A DNA stretch of 32,000 nt from Candidatus Saccharimonadota bacterium (GTDB lineage: Bacteria > Patescibacteriota > Patescibacteriia > 2-12-FULL-60-25): positions 570,001 through 602,000 of the forward strand of contig OY970357.1 of assembly GCA_963718585.1 (NCBI GenBank). The letters are read 5' to 3'. Below the pieces are notes generated by a model. That model made no database searches, had not been told where the DNA came from, and was given only the letters and a program-made list of their open reading frames with translations. Both the position numbers and the translations under genes were made by a program. Positions 16,911-23,165 of the stretch are shown here, in pieces. Each line of letters begins with the position of its first letter. The stretch's first letter is position 1.

Positions 16911-18908
16911 TTAGAAGGCGTCTTGAGTAGCGGGGAGAGACTTGGAGACGTCGGCCATGCCTGGCGGCGGATTAGCGACCGCGCGGCCGTCAAAGATCAC
17001 ATTCTCCGCCGGGGTGCTCGGATCACGGACCACGCGCTGAAGATCGATCTGATGGGCGGCCATGAGGCCGTACACGGTCAGCGGCTGCTCGCTCGGACAG
17101 GTCGTCGCGCCGCCGCACGCCGTCCCGGTCTTGATCGATTCTTCCGCGAACATCGCGGCAGAGACGATCGTGACACCCGGATCAATGACGATGTTCCCAC
17201 CAAATCCATTCTTCTTCGTCACAATGATACCAAGTGAGGCGAGATTGCGCAGATATTGGATGCTGGCGGACGGTGCATACGTGATATTCCCCGTGATATG
17301 GAGATCCGCGCCCTCGATGATGAGGAGGCCATTCCCCCGATCTGTCTGCGCGGAACCGTTCCCAAGCGCGGCCGCGTTGAGCGTGATCGTCCCTGGACCG
17401 ACCGCATGATAGACCTTGCCGCCAAGGAGCGTCGGCAGACTGCCGGTGAAATTCACGACAGCCCCGTAATGTCCGGCAAGGATGCCATAGATATCGAGAC
17501 TCCCGAGCGTGCCCTGATATTGCTGTGCCCCGGATGGGAGCTGGATCTTCTGCGCTCCGGTCTCGGAGCATCCTTTTGCACTCGTGAAACCGGTGATCGA
17601 CCCTTCGGTCGTCAGACAGTACGTGGCATTATTCGTGGTCAAAAGCGGCGAGGAAGAAGCGACCAGTCCCTGCTGGGCGTAGATGCTGCCATATTGGGTC
17701 TGCAGCCAGGGCGGCGCACAGGTGGGATCCACGGCCTGACAGCTCGCATCATTGCAATCCACTGTCCCATTGCCGTCATCGTCGATGCTGTTCGAGCAAC
17801 ACGCGTGCACCCCGAGCGGCGCGAATGGCGGATTCGGATCCGTGCACGATGGTTCGCTCCCTGCCGGCGGAGGCGGCGGCGAACACGAGGCCCCCGGAGG
17901 TCCGACATATCCGGCGCACCCTGGATCCGCGCAGTCGATCAACCCGTTGCCGTTATCATCCTTCCCATTGCCGCACAAAGGAGTCCCGCCCGCGTCCGTG
18001 ACTCCCGGCACTTCATTGCAGTACGAGCTCGGCTGACACGCGGCGGCCGCACAATCGATCAGTCCGTCGCCATTATCATCCACGCCGTTGTGACACATGT
18101 TATTTCCCCCAGAATCAGTATTCGTCGGGATCTCCTGACACGCTGCGGTCGATTGGCACGCACTATCTTGACAATCGATCTTCCCGTTCAGATCGTTGTC
18201 CTTCCCGTCTGTACACGCGGATTCGCCCGGGGTGTTGAGATAGACGCTTGAAAAATCGATGTACCCGAACCCTGTACCATCCGAATTCCCGTTCCAGGCG
18301 AATGACGTATACGGCGGCGGCGTGTTCGCCGTGAACTTCTTGGTCGTAGGATCGTATTGGACCTTATATGCATAAATGCCGCACGCGGACGGATCAGTAC
18401 AATTGAGTGAGACATACCCGGCATCGCCCTCGTTGCAGACCTTGGCCCATCCATGGACGTCCGTGACTCCGCTGACCGGATTGAGATACGCCGATGCGGA
18501 CCCGGGGGAACTGAATCCACCACATGCAGAACACGAATCTCCGAAGCAGATCCACCCTGCTCCATCATTCCACGCGAACCCATTCATGTTGCGTGTGTTT
18601 GGATCGACGTTCACACCGTAACTCCCACAGGGTCCGGGCGAACATGCTCCCGCGTTCGTGTCATTCATCGATGACCAGCCGATCGGATCCGCCCAGATCC
18701 ATCCCATGACATTGTCCGAGACCGTTGCCTGTGCAGGATGCTGGACCGCTCCGTATTGGAATGACGCGACCATCATGCCGACGCCGACGAACATGATGAA
18801 TCCGGATAGAAGATGATGCCATCGCCATAACCAATTCGGCCGCTTCAAGCGGCGCCGCGATCGTCTCGCGGTACGTCGAGTCCTGGTCTGACGCTTGGTC
18901 GTTACCAT
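16911..18908 (-). CDS. Large N-terminally anchored Cys/Asp-rich surface protein leading the pilus operon (candidate adhesin or Ca-binding pilus factor)
   Basis: Very basic N-terminus plus one TM. Four Trp/Gly-rich motif repeats (GWIWADPIGWSSMN, FAWNDGAGWICF, HGWAKV..AGYVSLN, FAWNGNSDGTGFGYIDF). Four Cys-bracketed repeats of the form C.[DN]G.D[DN][DN].[DN]G.[IV]DC....C (aa 232-397). The C-terminal third is predicted beta-rich. Confidence 0.8.
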   Translation of the reverse strand: MVTTKRQTRTRRTARRSRRRLKRPNWLWRWHHLLSGFIMFVGVGMMVASFQYGAVQHPAQATVSDNVMGWIWADPIGWSSMNDTNAGACSPGPCGSYGVNVDPNTRNMNGFAWNDGAGWICFGDSCSACGGFSSPGSASAYLNPVSGVTDVHGWAKVCNEGDAGYVSLNCTDPSACGIYAYKVQYDPTTKKFTANTPPPYTSFAWNGNSDGTGFGYIDFSSVYLNTPGESACTDGKDNDLNGKIDCQDSACQSTAACQEIPTNTDSGGNNMCHNGVDDNGDGLIDCAAAACQPSSYCNEVPGVTDAGGTPLCGNGKDDNGNGLIDCADPGCAGYVGPPGASCSPPPPPAGSEPSCTDPNPPFAPLGVHACCSNSIDDDGNGTVDCNDASCQAVDPTCAPPWLQTQYGSIYAQQGLVASSSPLLTTNNATYCLTTEGSITGFTSAKGCSETGAQKIQLPSGAQQYQGTLGSLDIYGILAGHYGAVVNFTGSLPTLLGGKVYHAVGPGTITLNAAALGNGSAQTDRGNGLLIIEGADLHITGNITYAPSASIQYLRNLASLGIIVTKKNGFGGNIVIDPGVTIVSAAMFAEESIKTGTACGGATTCPSEQPLTVYGLMAAHQIDLQRVVRDPSTPAENVIFDGRAVANPPPGMADVSKSLPATQDAF

Positions 18909-18916
18909 TCCACGCT

Positions 18917-18925
18917 ATTGTAACA
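18917..18925 (-). promoter_or_regulatory. Extended -10 element of the pilus operon (leaderless design)
   Basis: Minus strand reads TGtTACAAT (18917-18925), followed by 8 nt (agcgtgga) and ATG 18908. It directly abuts the T-tract of the upstream terminator. Confidence 0.4.
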
Positions 18926-18926
18926 C

Positions 18927-18948
18927 AAAAAACGGCCCTCGGCCGTCC
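18927..18948 (-). terminator. Rho-independent terminator after recJ-rnhA
   Basis: Minus strand reads ACGGCC gag GGCCGT TTTTT. The stem is 18941-18946/18932-18937 and the T-run is 18927-18932. Confidence 0.75.
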
Positions 18949-19071
18949 TTATCCACATGGGAGATAGCGTGTCTGTGCGTTGGCGTGTTTGCGTAACATC
19001 CACCGCCCGATCCTTTCCTCATTCTCACTTCCCATTCCCCACTCCGCATCCCCTTCTTCTTTCTCCGTTCT

Positions 19072-19497
19072 CTACCGCTTCTTCTTCCCCGACCCCTCAT
19101 CCATCGCCTGATTAGAAAGTGCGTCTGCGTGTGTATTATATTCGCGCCGCACGTGGCGGTATTTCACGTGTCCACCAAGCTGAGTCTCGAGATTCTTCAT
19201 TTCCAGATACCGCGCACCGATATCCGGATTCTTGACCCGATATTCCCCGTTCGCCTGTTTGACGAGCAGTTCACTGTCCGCGACGATCTCGACGGATGTC
19301 GCGCCGATCGCGACCGCGCGTTGAAGCCCGAGGATCACCGCCCGATATTCCGCCTGATTGTTCGTCGTCTTCCCAAGATACTTTGCATGCTCTTCAAGGA
19401 CCTTTCCATGCGCATCCTCGATGACCACACCGATCCCGGCAGGGCCTGGATTCCCGCGCGCGCCACCGTCCGTATGGATGATGAGATGTTTTGTCAT
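19072..19497 (-). CDS. rnhA: Ribonuclease HI
   Basis: HTDGGARGNPGPAG...NNQAEYRA...IVADSELLV...NTHADALS gives the DEDD catalytic pattern of type 1 RNase H. Start chosen at MTKHLIIHTDGG; upstream in-frame GTG 19530 and ATG 19515 are possible. Confidence 0.85.
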   Translation of the reverse strand: MTKHLIIHTDGGARGNPGPAGIGVVIEDAHGKVLEEHAKYLGKTTNNQAEYRAVILGLQRAVAIGATSVEIVADSELLVKQANGEYRVKNPDIGARYLEMKNLETQLGGHVKYRHVRREYNTHADALSNQAMDEGSGKKKR

Positions 19498-19533
19498 TGC
19501 GATATCCGCTTTCATTACCACGACTTCCACTCC

Positions 19534-21297
19534 CTATGCACCTCCCGATCCTTCTGCCTTTCGAATGTCCACCAACTTGCACTGGACATCGCGACGTCCG
19601 TTCCATTCATTGATCCCGACATCATACACTACATCCAAGTGCTGACCGAAGGATAATTCATCCACACGCGGACCGAATTTGAATCCGATGAATTTCGCAT
19701 GACGACCAGATGGAGCGCGTAAGACACATCGCACATGGTCCTGCTTTGCGCCGACCAAGTCGCGCGACACCACCTCGAGATCCCTACTGATGAACAAGGG
19801 CTTGGGATTACCGATACCGAATGGTTCCATCTGATCGAGTGCCGCCACGAGCGGCTCCCCAAGCTCATCGATCTCGAGGGTCGCATCGATCTCGAGGGTC
19901 GGTCGCAGGTCCGCACCGGCAAGACGCTCCTGCGCGTCGGCGATCAACGCATCGCAAAGCACATCTGGAGGAATGTCGCCGCTCCACGAGAATCCGCACG
20001 CTTGAACGTGCCCACCGACATGCTCGAGCAGATCCTTCCCCGCGCGCTTCATCGCTTCGGTGATGTCGTATGCCGCGAATGATCGTCCGGAACCCACCCA
20101 GCGGTCCCCATGCCGTCCGATCGCGATCGCCGGCTTTCCCGTCCGATCGAGGAACCTGCCGGCGACAAGCCCGACAAGTGCCGGTGGCCATGCCGTAGAC
20201 CAAAATGCGAGCGCAGGCGCACCCGCCATCTTCTCGAGCTGTTTCTCCGCCTCGGTCATGATCCGTGCCGTCGCTTTCTGCCGTTCGCGATTCTTCGCCT
20301 CGATCTCACCCGCCAACTCCGTCGCTTCGTCTTCGGTCTCCGCAAGCAAAAGCCGCAGGGCGAGCGACGCATGATCCATCCGCCCGGCCGCATTGATGCG
20401 CGGTCCGAGGCCGAACGCCACCGACTCGGTCGTAAGCGTTCCGGGCGCGTATCCGGAGACCTCGATCAACTTCCGCAAACCCGGCCGCCGCGTCTTGTTG
20501 AGCACCGTCAATCCATACGTCTCGAGCACCCGATTCTCTCCGATGATCGGCACCATGTCCGTGACCGTGGCGATGGACACAAAATCCAACAGCCACTTTT
20601 CAAATCCCGGTGTCAGCTCGATGTTTCGGCCTGCCGCACGGGCGACAAGGGCCGATGCGAGCTTCCACGCGACGCCGACCGCCGCCAAATGCGGGAATGG
20701 ATACGCTTCTCCCGGCAATTTCGGATGGATGAGGATCCCATTCGGCAGGTCATCACCGAACGTGTGGTGATCCACGACAATGACGTCCATGCCCAGAGAC
20801 CGCGCGAGCGCGATCTCATCCACGTTCGCGATACCGCAATCAACGGTGATGATGAGCTGCGTACCCCGCTCTTTCAGAGAGCGCACGCTCGTCGGATTGA
20901 GTCCGTAACCCTCCTTGTCCCGATGCGGGATGTACGAATCGATCGTTGCGGCGGATCCTGTCTGTTTCGCGATCGCCCGCAGAGTGGTGATGATCACCGC
21001 ACTTCCGGTCACGCCATCCGCGTCATAATCGCCGTGGACCGTGATCCGTTCGCCGTTTTCCAACGCGGTGAACAATCGCTCCGTCGCCTCTTCCATGTGT
21101 GAGAACAAGAATGGATCATGGATCCCCGTATCCCATGAAGGATGCAAAAAAGCGGCGAGATCGCCGTCGCCCTCAAACCCCCTATTCGCAAGGATACGCA
21201 GGATCGCCGGTGGCACGTCCGCCATGCCTAAATAGGATGCGACCCCTGCTCCGGTAGGCAACTCACGAGATTCCGGGATGATCCAGCGTTTCTGCAT
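19534..21297 (-). CDS. recJ: Single-stranded-DNA-specific exonuclease RecJ
   Basis: DHH motifs (ITVHGDYDADGVTG, IITVDCG, VIVVDHH) and a DHHA1-type region (GGHVQACGFS). The track ORF extends to 21615 across the upstream gene and its terminator, so the start is placed at ATG 21297 (MQKRWIIPE); 21306 is an alternative. Confidence 0.92.
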   Translation of the reverse strand: MQKRWIIPESRELPTGAGVASYLGMADVPPAILRILANRGFEGDGDLAAFLHPSWDTGIHDPFLFSHMEEATERLFTALENGERITVHGDYDADGVTGSAVIITTLRAIAKQTGSAATIDSYIPHRDKEGYGLNPTSVRSLKERGTQLIITVDCGIANVDEIALARSLGMDVIVVDHHTFGDDLPNGILIHPKLPGEAYPFPHLAAVGVAWKLASALVARAAGRNIELTPGFEKWLLDFVSIATVTDMVPIIGENRVLETYGLTVLNKTRRPGLRKLIEVSGYAPGTLTTESVAFGLGPRINAAGRMDHASLALRLLLAETEDEATELAGEIEAKNRERQKATARIMTEAEKQLEKMAGAPALAFWSTAWPPALVGLVAGRFLDRTGKPAIAIGRHGDRWVGSGRSFAAYDITEAMKRAGKDLLEHVGGHVQACGFSWSGDIPPDVLCDALIADAQERLAGADLRPTLEIDATLEIDELGEPLVAALDQMEPFGIGNPKPLFISRDLEVVSRDLVGAKQDHVRCVLRAPSGRHAKFIGFKFGPRVDELSFGQHLDVVYDVGINEWNGRRDVQCKLVDIRKAEGSGGA

Positions 21298-21304
21298 GGC
21301 CCGC

Positions 21305-21313
21305 ATCTTGGCA
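21305..21313 (-). promoter_or_regulatory. Possible extended -10 element upstream of recJ (leaderless design)
   Basis: Minus strand reads TGcCAAGAT (21305-21313), then 7 nt and ATG 21297. The hexamer is weak, so this is tentative. Confidence 0.25.
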
Positions 21314-21331
21314 TGCGGTCGCCACATGGGC

Positions 21332-21355
21332 AAAAAAGGCCGGCAAGTGCCGGCC
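21332..21355 (-). terminator. Rho-independent terminator
   Basis: Minus strand reads GGCCGGC actt GCCGGCC TTTTTT (stem 21338-21344/21349-21355, T-run 21332-21337). It starts 1 nt after TAA 21357-21359. Confidence 0.85.
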
Positions 21356-21356
21356 C

Positions 21357-21860
21357 TTACACAGAACTCACAAGCGTCGTCACACGGACTCGGCCGAGAA
21401 ACCCATCCCTTTCGGATCGGACGCAGATAAGCCCACTGCCGATCCAGTAGCTTGGGACCGCCGGAGTATCGGCTGCGCAGTCCATCCGGAGGCAACCGAC
21501 CATGTACGGATCCCCTTCGCGATCGATCACGACGATCTCGACCCGCTTTGACGGATGATACGGGTAGAGACAGACGGGTTTCCCCGGCAGGATCGCCCCA
21601 CCGCAGATCGCGCAACGACAGAGGTTTGCGCGTACGTGCGCGAGTTCACACGCGCCGCATCGTTCACGCTTCTTCAGAAGCGCCTCCGACACGCGATACG
21701 TCTCACCAAAAAGATCGAGCGCAAAGACCGCGTGTGAACGATGCCCGCAACCGAAGCGGACACGACGACGACCCATGGAGATCACGCGGCATGCCGTCTC
21801 TTCCCCTTGTGCCCGTTCGCGATACGGGAGACCGCCTTGGGCAGTTTCGTCTTCGGTCAT
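21357..21860 (-). CDS. Cys-rich (11 Cys) hypothetical protein, zinc-ribbon-like
   Basis: Start at ATG 21860, preceded by GAGGAGGTG 4 nt upstream. The track ORF's TTG 21974 extension crosses a terminator. Motifs RCGAC-x10-CRCAIC, GCGH and GCLRMDC. I recognise no family. Confidence 0.6.
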   Translation of the reverse strand: MTEDETAQGGLPYRERAQGEETACRVISMGRRRVRFGCGHRSHAVFALDLFGETYRVSEALLKKRERCGACELAHVRANLCRCAICGGAILPGKPVCLYPYHPSKRVEIVVIDREGDPYMVGCLRMDCAADTPAVPSYWIGSGLICVRSERDGFLGRVRVTTLVSSV

Positions 21861-21887
21861 TCCACACCTCCTCAAATGTGCATCCCG

Positions 21888-21916
21888 ACCGTACGAGACT
21901 TCCATACGAACGTCAA
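21888..21916 (-). promoter_or_regulatory. Putative promoter of the Cys-rich protein gene
   Basis: Minus strand reads TTGACG (21911-21916), a 17-nt spacer, TACGGT (21888-21893). Confidence 0.35.
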
Positions 21917-21922
21917 TCCAAG

Positions 21923-21947
21923 AAAAAAGCCTGCGAAGAACGCAGGC
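21923..21947 (-). terminator. Rho-independent terminator
   Basis: Minus strand reads GCCTGCG ttctt CGCAGGC TTTTTT (stem 21929-21935/21941-21947, T-run 21923-21928). Confidence 0.85.
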
Positions 21948-21974
21948 ATGAGCAAAAAGGTACGGGATGGTCAA

Positions 21975-22454
21975 TCAACCATCGCGGGAACTCCCGGAAC
22001 CGCCGAGGACGGGGTCAGGCCATTTCGTTTTCCAGAACATGACGATGGCAATGAGGACGACGGACACGACCGTGATATCCCGTAAGACATGCAGATGCGG
22101 CAACCGCCCATTCAAATGGGCGTAGAGGATGCCGAAAAAGGCGATACAGAGGAAGCAGGCATCCGTGATCCCGTCAGCGATCGCGAATCTCCGATACGCG
22201 ATCTGCATCGGATCCCAACGTCCCTGAGACAGGGTCCGAACGATCGGATCCCGCATGAAACGCGCTTCGCCTCGACGATATGACCAAACGACAAAGAGAA
22301 ACAGACACCCCACCAAGGTAATGGAGATCGCCCCTGCTCCCGTGATGACGTTGAAGCTGAAAAGGAGGATCGTCAGGTACACGGCATCGAGAGCGACCTT
22401 GAACGGCCATTGATACGTCAGGGCCTTCCGTCGCAAAAAGAACGAACTCTGCAT
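21975..22454 (-). CDS. Hypothetical integral membrane protein (about 4 TM)
   Basis: ATG 22454 is preceded by GGAGGTGA with a 3-nt spacer. Hydrophobic segments include VYLTILLFSFNVITGAGAISITLVGCLFLFVVW, ACFLCIAFFGILY and ITVVSVVLIAIVMFW. It has its own promoter and terminator. Confidence 0.7.
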   Translation of the reverse strand: MQSSFFLRRKALTYQWPFKVALDAVYLTILLFSFNVITGAGAISITLVGCLFLFVVWSYRRGEARFMRDPIVRTLSQGRWDPMQIAYRRFAIADGITDACFLCIAFFGILYAHLNGRLPHLHVLRDITVVSVVLIAIVMFWKTKWPDPVLGGSGSSRDG

Positions 22455-22483
22455 TGCTCACCTCCGTAAAAGAGCGAGCTTTC

Positions 22484-22512
22484 GGAATACACCTTTCACG
22501 CTTTCCCGTCAA
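22484..22512 (-). promoter_or_regulatory. Putative promoter of the 4-TM protein gene
   Basis: Minus strand reads TTGACG (22507-22512), a 17-nt spacer, TATTCC (22484-22489). Confidence 0.4.
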
Positions 22513-22527
22513 TAAAAGAGCCCCTCG

Positions 22528-22559
22528 AAAATAAAAAACCCCGCCCTTGTGAGGGCGGG
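22528..22559 (-). terminator. Rho-independent terminator
   Basis: Minus strand reads CCCGCCCT caca AGGGCGGG GTTTTTTATTTT (stem 22540-22547/22552-22559), 17 nt after the stop at 22577. Confidence 0.88.
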
Positions 22560-22576
22560 ATGAATGTAGCCGCCGA

Positions 22577-22969
22577 TCAGGCGGGTTCGGAAACCGGTTC
22601 CGCATCGGATTCCGGATCGAGGAGAAAAAGCGTATAGCGATCACGTTCTCCGTCAAATGTCTTCACTGGACGGACCAGGATCCCCTTGTCTCGACCGTAT
22701 CGGTTCACCAAACGGACGAGCTTCGCAAACCGCTCTTCCCCGGTTTGCTCCATGATCTGTTCCGGGATCGGAACATACCGGTTACCGAGCCGTTGGAACG
22801 CGAGCGCTGTGTGTACCAGATGCTGGGCCGCGCCACCAAGGGCGAAGCGCTCGGACCGTGCCGGCGTATTCCGACGTTTCCGTCGGATCACGACGATCGC
22901 CGGCATGCCGAAGGAAAAGAGCATGAGGACGGTGAAGATCACGGCCCCGCCTATCTCTTGCACATCCAT
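22577..22969 (-). CDS. Hypothetical N-terminally anchored protein
   Basis: ATG 22969 is preceded by AAAGGAGGTGA with a 3-nt spacer. One TM (GGAVIFTVLMLFSFGMPAIVVI) followed by RRKRR and a soluble domain of roughly 90 aa. I recognise no family. Confidence 0.7.
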   Translation of the reverse strand: MDVQEIGGAVIFTVLMLFSFGMPAIVVIRRKRRNTPARSERFALGGAAQHLVHTALAFQRLGNRYVPIPEQIMEQTGEERFAKLVRLVNRYGRDKGILVRPVKTFDGERDRYTLFLLDPESDAEPVSEPA

Positions 22970-23001
22970 CTGTCACCTCCTTTGCAAAAGATCAGGTGGC
23001 G

Positions 23002-23030
23002 ACCCTACCTCATTTTTCTGGCTCTGTCAA
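23002..23030 (-). promoter_or_regulatory. Putative promoter of the 130-aa protein gene
   Basis: Minus strand reads TTGACA (23025-23030), a 17-nt spacer, TAGGGT (23002-23007). Confidence 0.4.
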
Positions 23031-23039
23031 GCCTTTTTC

Positions 23040-23162
23040 TCAAAAATAGGTCGCAAATGGCGCCAGGAGGAAGAAGATCGTGGCAAAGGCGATGAAACCG
23101 ATCACGATCTTCCAGAGGATCTTCCGATGCCGTTTACGGAATTTGAATTTCGGAAATTTCAT
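23040..23162 (-). CDS. 40-aa small membrane protein candidate coupled to cfa
   Basis: ATG lies 3 nt after the cfa TGA. Peptide MKFPKFKFRKRHRKILWKIVIGFIAFATIFFLLAPFATYF has a basic N-terminus plus one TM. Below the track cut-off. Confidence 0.3.
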   Translation of the reverse strand: MKFPKFKFRKRHRKILWKIVIGFIAFATIFFLLAPFATYF

Positions 23163-23165
23163 ACA

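Noticed and set aside
17062-18709. ORFs 17256-18251 (+, 331 aa), 17182-17571 (-), 18188-18583 (-) and others inside the 665-aa gene
   Set aside because: They are off-frame or antisense readings of a Cys/Asp/Gly-rich gene. They are Arg-rich, have no independent start context, and are fully contained in a better-supported frame.
18915-19100. 61-aa Arg/Gly/Lys-rich minus-strand ORF downstream of rnhA
   Set aside because: It is simply the translation of the polypurine tract. It overlaps the rnhA end and the terminator and has no SD or -10 context.
19072-19497. RNase H-domain gene as part of a retroelement or diversity-generating retroelement targeting pilus proteins
   Set aside because: No reverse transcriptase ORF is present, no template/variable repeat pair was seen in the window, and the gene is coupled to recJ like a housekeeping rnhA.
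19629-21235. ORFs 20110-21102 (+, 330 aa), 19735-20082 (+), 20393-20770 (+) and several minus-strand ORFs inside recJ
   Set aside because: They are shadows of recJ, which carries the DHH and DHHA1 motifs. Their composition is typical of an off-frame GC-rich sequence.
21298-21615. 106-aa N-terminal extension of the recJ track ORF, and plus-strand ORFs 21452-22042 and 21741-22085
   Set aside because: The extension runs through an intrinsic terminator and the 3' end of the upstream gene, and has no RecJ-like sequence. The plus-strand ORFs are antisense to SD-led genes that have their own promoters and terminators.
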